A stretch of DNA of 64,000 bases from a bacterium (GTDB lineage: Bacteria > Zhuqueibacterota > Zhuqueibacteria > Residuimicrobiales > Krinioviventaceae), in assembly GCA_963675755.2 (NCBI GenBank), contig CAXXMD010000002.1, positions 1,792,001 to 1,856,000 on the forward strand, written 5' to 3'. Positions within the stretch are counted from its first letter, which is position 1. Each line of letters starts with the position of its first letter. The notes below the pieces were generated by a model, which was given only the letters and a program-made list of their open reading frames with translations, ran no database searches and had not been told where the DNA came from. The position numbers and the translations under genes were made by a program. Below, piece by piece: positions 29,479 through 38,264 of the stretch.

Positions 29479-31371
29479 ATGAAGTATATATTTACCTTTC
29501 TATTATTAGCATCTGTATCTGTATCCGCAGTTGAACTTGTCTCACCGGACCAGTCCTTAAAAATAGAAATCCAAATGGATAATGACAATTCCGGGTATGC
29601 TACACCTACCTATACATTGCAGCAAGGCAGTACACTACTAATGCCACCCTCCCGGTTGGGATTCACTCGAAGCAATTCACAACAGACTGCAAATCCGGTC
29701 AAAATCCTATCTTCACAGAAATCCAGTCAAAATAGCAGCTGGCGTCCCGTTTATGGTGAACGTACAGAAATCCCCGATGTATATAACGAATTAACATTGA
29801 ACGCCCAGGAAAAAGATAGCAATCTTGAATACCAAATTATCTTTCGGGCATATAATGAAGGCATTGCTTTCTGCTACCAATTCCCGAAACAAGCAGGACT
29901 TGAAACTCTGCATATCGAAAAAGAATTGACAGAATTTTCCTTTGATAATAACCACACAACCTGGGCAGCATATAAAGCGCAGGCAGAATATGAAAAAACT
30001 ACCGTCAATGAAATAAAACCGGGTTGTGAACGTCCCCTGGTAATCAAAAAAGATGAAACCACCTATTTAGCCATTGCAGAAGCCAGACTGGTAGATTACG
30101 CGCGTATGAAGCTCATGCCGCAGGGTGAAAAGCCAAACACCTTATTAAGTGATCTTGCAGGTCCGGTAACCCTCGCTCTTCCCTGCTCAACTCCCTGGCG
30201 AGTTGTCATGGTGGGTGACAGTCCCGGAGAACTGCTTGAGAATAATTATTTGATCCTGAATCTCAACGATCCCTGTGAGATCAAAGACACCTCATGGATC
30301 AAACCCGGCAAGGTGATTCGGGAAACAACATTAACAACCCGTGGCGGATTAGCTTGTGTGGATTTTGCAGTTGAGCACAATCTGCAATATGTTGAATTTG
30401 ATGCCGGCTGGTATGGGCATGAATATGATGAGAAATCGGATGCGACCACCATCACTGTGGACCCCAAACGCTCACCCGGTCCCCTGGATTTGCAAAGGAT
30501 CATCCAATACGCCAAAGAACGTAATATTGGAATCATTGTATATGTCAATCGTCGTGCTCTTGAAAAGCAACTCGACGAAATACTACCTCTTTACGTTCAA
30601 TGGGGCATCAGCGGAGTTAAATACGGTTTTGTAAACGTAGGTACACAGAAATGGACAACCTGGCTGCATATGGCGGTTCGCAAAGCAGCCCAATACAAAC
30701 TTATGGTAGATGTTCACGATGAATACCGCCCAACCGGCTATACCCGTACCTATCCCAATTTCATGACACAGGAAGGTATTCGTGGTGATGAAGTTCGTCA
30801 GCCAAATGAACTCACATTGACGACATTGTTCACCCGTATGTTAGCGGGGGCTGGTGACAATACCCTCTGCTATTTTAATCCGCGTGTCCCCAAATACAAT
30901 TCACACGCGTATCAATTGGCCAAAGCCGTTTGCTTTTACAGCCCATGGCAATTTCTGTATTGGTACGACAGGCCAAAAGCATCTTCAGACAATATAGACG
31001 ACAGCCAGCCGATGAACGGTGTTATTGGCGATGAGCCTGAATTGGAATTTTTTGACGCCATACCTACGGTTTGGGATGAAACAAAAGTAATCGACGGTAG
31101 TATCGGAGAATATGCTATTATAGCCAGACGAAGCGATAAACAATGGTTTGTGGGTTGTATGAATAGTGGCAAAGAAAGAGAATTTAAAGTTCCATTGAAC
31201 TTTTTATCTCCAAACACAAAATGGTCTGCAACCGTTTACAGTAACGATACATCCATAAAAACGCGTACACAGGTAAAAATCGAAAATATTAAAGTCACTT
31301 CAAAAGATGTAATTACGAAAAGTATTTCCGCACAGGGAGGTCTTGCCATCAGGTTAGAATCTCTACAATAA
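29479..31371 (+). CDS. Glycoside hydrolase family 97 protein
   Basis: FRAYNEGIAF, TPWRVV, DTSWIKPGK, FDAGWYG, TYPNFMTQEGIRGDE, PTVWDET. Confidence 0.92.
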   Translation: MKYIFTFLLLASVSVSAVELVSPDQSLKIEIQMDNDNSGYATPTYTLQQGSTLLMPPSRLGFTRSNSQQTANPVKILSSQKSSQNSSWRPVYGERTEIPDVYNELTLNAQEKDSNLEYQIIFRAYNEGIAFCYQFPKQAGLETLHIEKELTEFSFDNNHTTWAAYKAQAEYEKTTVNEIKPGCERPLVIKKDETTYLAIAEARLVDYARMKLMPQGEKPNTLLSDLAGPVTLALPCSTPWRVVMVGDSPGELLENNYLILNLNDPCEIKDTSWIKPGKVIRETTLTTRGGLACVDFAVEHNLQYVEFDAGWYGHEYDEKSDATTITVDPKRSPGPLDLQRIIQYAKERNIGIIVYVNRRALEKQLDEILPLYVQWGISGVKYGFVNVGTQKWTTWLHMAVRKAAQYKLMVDVHDEYRPTGYTRTYPNFMTQEGIRGDEVRQPNELTLTTLFTRMLAGAGDNTLCYFNPRVPKYNSHAYQLAKAVCFYSPWQFLYWYDRPKASSDNIDDSQPMNGVIGDEPELEFFDAIPTVWDETKVIDGSIGEYAIIARRSDKQWFVGCMNSGKEREFKVPLNFLSPNTKWSATVYSNDTSIKTRTQVKIENIKVTSKDVITKSISAQGGLAIRLESLQ

Positions 31372-31442
31372 GAGACAAAACTCCTAATATCCATTAGCAT
31401 CAATGATGGGGACAAATACTCGCAAATACATGCGAAAACAGC

Positions 31443-31471
31443 TTGACTTTGCATATTTTTTTTATTAAAAT
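31443..31471 (+). promoter_or_regulatory. Sigma-70-type promoter of the sensor kinase gene
   Basis: TTGACT-N17-TAAAAT. Confidence 0.6.
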
Positions 31472-31537
31472 AAATCTCGAGTGCAGTATTTTTAGGCAAC
31501 GCAATGCATGAGAATAGGGTTGGAATAGAGGGCTAAA

Positions 31538-32833
31538 TTGGGAAAAACGATAAACAATTGGTTTGATACCGAGTATCAACCGGAATTTGAAAAATTACTA
31601 GATAAACTTGTAACTAATAGTATATATATTATTTTAATACTGGGAATCCCCGCCATTGTCAACTCTGTCATAGAGTTTATATATTCTGATATAGTCCCAT
31701 TATTTTTTTATTTTGCCCCTGCATTTATATGTTTACTGGCTATTGAAGTTTGGAAAAAAAAGATAACGCTTTCTACCCGTATCCATATATTTCTTTCTTT
31801 TATCTACATAACAGGTATTATATCTTTACTGGTGTTCAGGTTGAATGGTATGGGTGTTGTCATTTTAACAGCCTATACAATAATGGCAACCCTATTCGGT
31901 GGTAAACTTCGGGGCTATTATTACTTTACCATTTCTCTTGCCAGTATCGTAATCATTGCAGCCATGTCTTCTTTTCATTGGCTCCTACAGAGTGAAACCA
32001 CACAACTGGCCAGTTCAACCAGATGGATCATGGCTATCATCGTTTTCAGTATTACAGGGCTGTGTATTGTCACTACAATAGGGACGATACAAGAATACCT
32101 AATGAATTCAATAGCAGCAGTAAATGAAAAAAACCAAAAGATCAACGAAACCAACAAGGTATTAATACAGCAACTTTGGGAACGCAAACAGCAGGAACGC
32201 ATCATCAAACAAAATAAAGAAGAAAAAGTTTTTGTACTCAAAGAACTTCACCATCGCGTCAAAAACAATCTTCAATTCATACAGAGCCTGCTTGCATTAC
32301 AATCAAAACAGGTCAAAGATCCTCAAACATTATCCATGTTTTCAGAGAGTTGTAATCGTATCCGCTCTATGGCCATGGTTCATGAAGAATTGTATCATAC
32401 CAACAATTTTGCCCAGGTTGATCTCACTCAATATATGAACAGAATGATCTATCATCTCAAGCATCAATATCTGCCAAACAGCATACCCATTCAGGTCAAT
32501 GTCAACATTCAACAAGTTACAATGGGCATAGATAAAGCCATTCCCTGTGGATTGATTGTCAATGAACTTGTAACCAACGCAATGCAGCATGCATTTAAAC
32601 AAGAACATCATACACAACCTTCAATTGATATCATGTTGTATGAAACAGAGGAGCACATTGTACTAAGTGTGAGCGATAATGGGATAGGGTTACCGGTAGA
32701 AACAGATGTTAAAAACACTACCTCGTTGGGATTACAGCTTGTACGTGTATTATCGGTTGATCAACTGGACGGTTCTTTAACCATTTCCCGAACTGGCGGT
32801 ACGCAGTTTACAATTAAATTTCAAACCGCTTAA
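31538..32833 (+). CDS. Membrane sensor histidine kinase, HisKA_2 type (orphan)
   Basis: KELHHRVKNNLQ, NELVTNAMQHAF, VSDNGIG, SLGLQLV; about six N-terminal TM helices. Confidence 0.92.
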   Translation: MGKTINNWFDTEYQPEFEKLLDKLVTNSIYIILILGIPAIVNSVIEFIYSDIVPLFFYFAPAFICLLAIEVWKKKITLSTRIHIFLSFIYITGIISLLVFRLNGMGVVILTAYTIMATLFGGKLRGYYYFTISLASIVIIAAMSSFHWLLQSETTQLASSTRWIMAIIVFSITGLCIVTTIGTIQEYLMNSIAAVNEKNQKINETNKVLIQQLWERKQQERIIKQNKEEKVFVLKELHHRVKNNLQFIQSLLALQSKQVKDPQTLSMFSESCNRIRSMAMVHEELYHTNNFAQVDLTQYMNRMIYHLKHQYLPNSIPIQVNVNIQQVTMGIDKAIPCGLIVNELVTNAMQHAFKQEHHTQPSIDIMLYETEEHIVLSVSDNGIGLPVETDVKNTTSLGLQLVRVLSVDQLDGSLTISRTGGTQFTIKFQTA

Positions 32834-32841
32834 AAGCTCGT

Positions 32842-33492
32842 CTAGTAACCCACTTGAGCCATAAAACGTTTTACCTGTTCTTCATCCAATTTACCATCCG
32901 TACGCAATCCACTACATACATCCAGGCCAAAGGGTTTAACATATTCAACAGCCTTTGCAGCATTATCCGGATTCAGACCTCCGGCAAGATAAACCGGTTT
33001 TGTAACCGACTCTACAATTTCCCGACTGAGGTCCCAGTTGTGAACGCGTCCGGTCCCGCCCAATTCTTTGATAGCCTTATTGGGATTTCCGGAATCCAGT
33101 AAAATTGCGTCCACTAGGTCCGCTGCCTTTACTGCCTGCTCAACAGACTCTTTGTCGGTAACATGCACCACCTGCACAATAGAAATACCGGGCAAAGCTT
33201 CTTTTAACCGAAGATGACTGAATGGCGGCAGCATATCTACCAATTGGATGGTATTGCAGCGGCAATAACGCTGCTGACGAATAATGGCCAACACATCGAT
33301 CTTGCTGGTCAATAAAAATGAAGCAACACCGGGAGGAACCGTTCCGGCAATCTCGCGAATTTTCTCTTCCGAAATCACACCCGGCCCGCTGGGCATTTCA
33401 GAAACCAACCCCAAAGCAGATGCACCATACCGAACAGCTAGCTCTGCTTCCTGCACAGAATTGATACAGCAAATTTTAACTCGTATACTCAT
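32842..33492 (-). CDS. trpF: Phosphoribosylanthranilate isomerase (stand-alone)
   Basis: RVKICCI, LLDS, LGGTGRVHNW, LAGGLNPDN, GLDVCSG. Confidence 0.85.
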   Translation of the reverse strand: MSIRVKICCINSVQEAELAVRYGASALGLVSEMPSGPGVISEEKIREIAGTVPPGVASFLLTSKIDVLAIIRQQRYCRCNTIQLVDMLPPFSHLRLKEALPGISIVQVVHVTDKESVEQAVKAADLVDAILLDSGNPNKAIKELGGTGRVHNWDLSREIVESVTKPVYLAGGLNPDNAAKAVEYVKPFGLDVCSGLRTDGKLDEEQVKRFMAQVGY

Positions 33493-33626
33493 GTTTCCCA
33501 TTCTTAAATGGTATCAATTTCAAAAATTTTTTATATTGCAGTATTAAAAGGTGTTTTAATTTAATTTATTATTATATTAAGAACAACCCTAAACTACAAT
33601 AGCATCAGTATCCGGAGGTTCAGCAG

Positions 33627-34676
33627 ATGAATGCAAATCCAATTCTCGGAATTTTCTTTCATGCAGTTGGCGGATTTGCCGCCGGTAGTTTTTACATCCC
33701 CTTGAAAAAAGTCAAAGAATGGTCCTGGGAAAGTTATTGGCTGGTTAACGGCTTTTTCGCATGGATCATTATCCCATGGATCGTTGCAATGATAGCGGTA
33801 CCCGATCTCTGGTCACTGCTCAAACAAGCCCCTGTAAACAGTATCATCTGGAGTTATATTTTTGGTGTGCTCTGGGGAATTGGCGGTTTGACCTTTGGTC
33901 TTACCATGCGTTACCTGGGTATGTCATTGGGAATGGCAATGGCATTGGGATTAACAGCAACATTCGGGACGATCGTCCCCCCTGTTTATTTTGGTAATTT
34001 CGGATACCTGCTGGCCCACGCATCCGGGTTGGTCACATTGGGTGGCGTTGCGGTATGTATTGGAGGAATTGCGGTTTGCGGTTTGGCCGGCATAAAAAAA
34101 GACCGGGAGCTTCCGCAAGAGGTCAAACAAGCAAGCATTCAGGAATTCAGTTTCAAAAAAGGAGTTTGGGTTGCCATTCTCTCCGGTGTTATGAGCGCAT
34201 GTTTTGCTTTTGGTATTGCCGCCGGCAAACCTATTGCAGATCTTGCCGTTGCTCAAAATACCCCGGTACTTTTCCAGAACAGTCCTATATTTGTTGTTAT
34301 CCTGCTGGGCGGTTTTACAACCAATTTCACATGGTGCCTTATTTTAAACAACAAGAACAAATCCGGTGGCGATTATTTGAATAAACAAACTCCGCTGCTT
34401 ACGAATTATATTTTCTCGGCGCTGGCCGGTACAACCTGGTATTTCCAGTTCATGTTTTATGGTATGGGTACAACCCAAATGGGGAAATATGATTTTGCAA
34501 GTTGGAGCATCCATATGGCCTTTATCATAACATTCAGCAATATGTGGGGATTGATATTACATGAATGGCGCGGTTCCGGTAAAAACACCATCCGGACGAT
34601 CCTGTTAGGGCTGGCTATCCTGGTATTGTCTACAATTATTATTGGCGCCGGCAGTTATATTCAACAATTCGAATAA
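33627..34676 (+). CDS. rhaT: L-rhamnose/proton symporter family protein
   Basis: GSFYIPLKKVKEWSWESYW, GLTMRYLGMSLG, SWSIHMA, LHEWRG. Confidence 0.9.
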   Translation: MNANPILGIFFHAVGGFAAGSFYIPLKKVKEWSWESYWLVNGFFAWIIIPWIVAMIAVPDLWSLLKQAPVNSIIWSYIFGVLWGIGGLTFGLTMRYLGMSLGMAMALGLTATFGTIVPPVYFGNFGYLLAHASGLVTLGGVAVCIGGIAVCGLAGIKKDRELPQEVKQASIQEFSFKKGVWVAILSGVMSACFAFGIAAGKPIADLAVAQNTPVLFQNSPIFVVILLGGFTTNFTWCLILNNKNKSGGDYLNKQTPLLTNYIFSALAGTTWYFQFMFYGMGTTQMGKYDFASWSIHMAFIITFSNMWGLILHEWRGSGKNTIRTILLGLAILVLSTIIIGAGSYIQQFE

Positions 34677-34692
34677 TACGGGAGAATCAATT

Positions 34693-36120
34693 ATGAAACC
34701 GCAATTAAAATTGGGTTTATTTGCAATCGGGCTGGATGCGTATTGGCCGCAGTTTAAAGGCTTGCATGATAAACTTTTAAATAATATAAAACACGTTGAA
34801 AAACAAATGTTACGCGAAAATATAGAGATTGTAAATCTGGGAATGATCGACAATCCTGAAAAGGCGCTTGAAGCTGGCCATACTTTCAGACAAGCCGATG
34901 TAGATGCGATATTTTTATATGTTTCCACGTATGCTTTATCTTCCACAGTGCTGCCGGTTGTTCAAAGGGCAAAAGTACCGGTAATTATTCTCAACCTGCA
35001 AATGGATGCGGCAATAGATTATAACACATTCAACAAACTGGCTGATCGTACAAAAATGACCGGTGAATGGCTTGCCAACTGTTCTGCATGCCCGGTGCCC
35101 GAGATTGCCAATGTATTTAACCGTGCAGGCATCCGCTTTCATCAAATTACCGGAGCTCTGCATGATGATCCCGTTGTATGGCAAGAGGTCGACGAATGGA
35201 TAGATGCCGCACAAACCGCTCATACCATGTTTCACAACAGATTGGGCTGCATGGGGCATTATTATGGCGGTATGCTTGATGTTTATTCAGACATGACCCA
35301 GCATTGCGCCCAGTTTGGAGGACACTTTGAACTCGTAGAAGTTGAAGAACTGGCAGGATTACGTAAAGAGGTAACGGATACTGAAATCAATTCCAGACTC
35401 GACTTTTTCAGCAATGAATTTGATATTCAACACGACTGCTCACCCACAGATCTGAAAGAAGCAGCGATCACATCCCTTGCACTGGATAAATTGATACAAA
35501 AGCATGACCTGGGATCAATGGCTTATTACTACCAGGGAACAGGAAATCCTGATCATGAATTGGCAATCAGTTCTATCATTCTGGGGAACTCTATATTAAC
35601 CGCACGAGGCATTCCTGTTGCCGGAGAATATGAAATAAAGAATGTTCAGGCAATGAAAATCATGGATTGCTTTGGTACCGGTGGCTCGTTTACCGAATAT
35701 TATGCTATGGATTATAAAGACGATATTGTTCTGATGGGGCATGATGGTCCCGGACATATTGCCATTGCAGAAGGTAAAACACGGGTAAGACCATTAGAGG
35801 TTTATCATGGCAAAGTGGGCAAAGGTTTGTCCGTTGAAATGTCTGTAAAACACGGTCCGGTTACATTATTAGCTGTGGTGCAAAACACTGCCGGTAAACT
35901 CTTTTTGTTGACTGCGGAAGCAGAATCGGTACCCGGCCCCATTCTGGAAATTGGTAACACCAACAGTCGCTATCGGTTTTCTATTGGCGCAAGAGAATTT
36001 GTAAACAGGTGGAATGAGCAAGGGCCTGCACACCATTGCGCAGTAGGAATTGGTCATATTGCATCCAAAATCCATAAACTGGGACAACTGTTAGATATGG
36101 ATGTTGTGCAGATTTGTTAA
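34693..36120 (+). CDS. L-fucose/L-arabinose isomerase family protein
   Basis: GLFAIGLDAYWPQF, GIPVAGEYE, MGHDGPGH, GPAHHCAVGIGH; GGAG RBS. Confidence 0.87.
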   Translation: MKPQLKLGLFAIGLDAYWPQFKGLHDKLLNNIKHVEKQMLRENIEIVNLGMIDNPEKALEAGHTFRQADVDAIFLYVSTYALSSTVLPVVQRAKVPVIILNLQMDAAIDYNTFNKLADRTKMTGEWLANCSACPVPEIANVFNRAGIRFHQITGALHDDPVVWQEVDEWIDAAQTAHTMFHNRLGCMGHYYGGMLDVYSDMTQHCAQFGGHFELVEVEELAGLRKEVTDTEINSRLDFFSNEFDIQHDCSPTDLKEAAITSLALDKLIQKHDLGSMAYYYQGTGNPDHELAISSIILGNSILTARGIPVAGEYEIKNVQAMKIMDCFGTGGSFTEYYAMDYKDDIVLMGHDGPGHIAIAEGKTRVRPLEVYHGKVGKGLSVEMSVKHGPVTLLAVVQNTAGKLFLLTAEAESVPGPILEIGNTNSRYRFSIGAREFVNRWNEQGPAHHCAVGIGHIASKIHKLGQLLDMDVVQIC

Positions 36121-36170
36121 AATGCAATATATTTCTTGAAATAAAAAATCATTAATCATACTATTGGATT

Positions 36171-36366
36171 GCGTACCTAACGGCACGCATAAAAATTCCA
36201 GCTTATTCATTACTACAATTATTGGGCCCCTAACGGGGCCTTTGCAAAACATTTCCATGCTATTAAAAGTGATATCAATCAGATAAAATCATATCAAAAT
36301 GTCCCGTTAGGGGACAGAATATTTGTAGAAATGTGCAAAACAAGTATGGCGTGCCGTCAGGTACGC
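36171..36366. repeat. Bipartite REP pair (REPIN-like) between convergent genes
   Basis: Outer GCGTACCTAACGGCACGC / GCGTGCCGTCAGGTACGC; inner GGCCCCTAACGGGGCC / TGTCCCGTTAGGGGACA. Confidence 0.8.
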
Positions 36367-36444
36367 GATCAAAGAATCTTTTAGGATCTAATATGATGTT
36401 TAAGTTGATAGAATTATCTTTTATGGAAATTTTTTAAATCCTGA

Positions 36445-37674
36445 TCAAGTCACCCAGGCTTTGAGCTGCTCTTTGCCTTTTTCAGAGATTGAAAATCCGT
36501 CTGATGTATCGATCCACCCTTTTTCAAGCAGATTGTCAATACTGTTTTGCAACTGTTCCTGTACATTAATCTCTTTCATAAGACCCATTTCACGCAATAG
36601 AATGTTTCCGCTGAAATCCAGAGATTTATTGCAATGCTCCTCAAGCTTTTCCTGTGTATTCAATCGCTCAGCATCAATCAGATACAGCAACCATAAATGA
36701 TAATGCTTGTCCTGCCAGTCCCTGACTTTGTCTGAAAGAAACATGTTATATCTTTCAAAATCGGGACTGTATTCCTCGTCCTGCTGAAACAGTTCCCAGG
36801 TCATTTCAACAGCACTTTTTAAAATAATCCCCGCTACAACCAGTCCAATCACACTGTCAATATAATGAAAACCAAAATTCGATCCAATCAAACCAAAAAT
36901 CACACTGGTCGCAATAATGATATGATTACGAGAATCCACAGAAAGGGTAATGAGTGCAATATTGCCGCTTTTAACACCAATAAAACGCTGGTATAGTGCC
37001 AGCAATATAGATATGATTATTGATAGAATAACGGCGACATATGCAAAAACCGTATATTTCAAATCAGAGGGAAAAAAGAACTGCTGCATAGCCCTGTAAA
37101 AAGCGTAAAAACCCGCAATCAACATAGTGCCCACCATTACTGAATTGGACAGTCTTTGTGTGTTACGCTGAACACCGGTTGTTACCAAAATTCTGGAAAA
37201 AACATCCAGCAGTGTGTCTATAGCATCATTCAACAACCCCACACTTCCCGATAAAATGGCAGCAGGAAGTTTAATAAATCCCAATACAATATAACTGATC
37301 AATGATACAATGGATACGGTCTCGGGACGCGCGGCACGTTTAAGCACATTGCTAAACTTGTTAATCTCTTCAATAGCTTTTTCTGCTTCATATCGACCGG
37401 TTTGGGTCAACTCGTATCGCTCTTGAATATTTTCAATTAATCCACGTTTTATCAGAACCGGGAGTTGTTTATTCAGGTGTTCATCCATGTCTTCTTCATC
37501 TTTGAGCCAATGTGACAACTGGTGCTCAAAAACGCCAAAACGACGCAATACACCGGTAAACTGTTCATTCATTTCAGAGATTGTTAACGGACCATCCCAC
37601 AAGCAGGCCAGGATCATCTGCTCGCTATCATGATCATTATTCTTCTCTTTACGTTTTTTGCACTTTATTGACAA
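36445..37674 (-). CDS. Cation diffusion facilitator transporter with winged-helix-like N- and C-terminal domains
   Basis: SGSVGLLNDAIDTLLD, SGNIAL...DSRNH, IDSVIGLVVAGIILK; LIKRGLI...YELTQTGR and LLEKGWI...FSISEKGK. Confidence 0.82.
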   Translation of the reverse strand: MSIKCKKRKEKNNDHDSEQMILACLWDGPLTISEMNEQFTGVLRRFGVFEHQLSHWLKDEEDMDEHLNKQLPVLIKRGLIENIQERYELTQTGRYEAEKAIEEINKFSNVLKRAARPETVSIVSLISYIVLGFIKLPAAILSGSVGLLNDAIDTLLDVFSRILVTTGVQRNTQRLSNSVMVGTMLIAGFYAFYRAMQQFFFPSDLKYTVFAYVAVILSIIISILLALYQRFIGVKSGNIALITLSVDSRNHIIIATSVIFGLIGSNFGFHYIDSVIGLVVAGIILKSAVEMTWELFQQDEEYSPDFERYNMFLSDKVRDWQDKHYHLWLLYLIDAERLNTQEKLEEHCNKSLDFSGNILLREMGLMKEINVQEQLQNSIDNLLEKGWIDTSDGFSISEKGKEQLKAWVT

Positions 37675-37963
37675 AGCTTCACCTGAAATTATTTATATAA
37701 ATATAATCTATTGTACCCCGAAAAGCAACACAAGCTTGAAAATTTGAACATTATACGATTGAAAAAATGAACGGTTTCGAGAAAAAAATCCTGGTGTGGG
37801 AATGAATTTACAATACGAATGTCTAATTGTTAGTACTATCCAACCTGTCTGACTAAATCGATGAACAGGACAGGTTAAAACCTCTTACCGATTCCTTTTC
37901 AAATGTAACATCACACAACTCTGGTCACGGGTGCAGGAGCCCGAGGCCAGAGATTTATTAAAA

Positions 37964-38221
37964 CTATTGATAACTTAGTACATACACACCTGTTACAATA
38001 ATCAATACAGCCAAAATTATAGTAACAACATTCACAACTCTTTTGGGGAATTTAAAAAGCGTGTGCTGCAGGAAATCAAACAGGAACAACAGTCCCAACA
38101 AAAACAGCCAAATTCCTTTTAACACATTGGATTGGACTATCAAGATCACACCTACAATCCCGAAAAACAATCCCATAAGAATATGAAAATAATACAAAGC
38201 CTTGTTTGATTTTCTAATCAT
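37964..38221 (-). CDS. Small hypothetical membrane protein
   Basis: Three hydrophobic helices; GAGG RBS. Confidence 0.7.
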   Translation of the reverse strand: MIRKSNKALYYFHILMGLFFGIVGVILIVQSNVLKGIWLFLLGLLFLFDFLQHTLFKFPKRVVNVVTIILAVLIIVTGVYVLSYQ

Positions 38222-38264
38222 TATTTCCTCAATACTGAATTTTATATTTTAACACCCATTCGGT

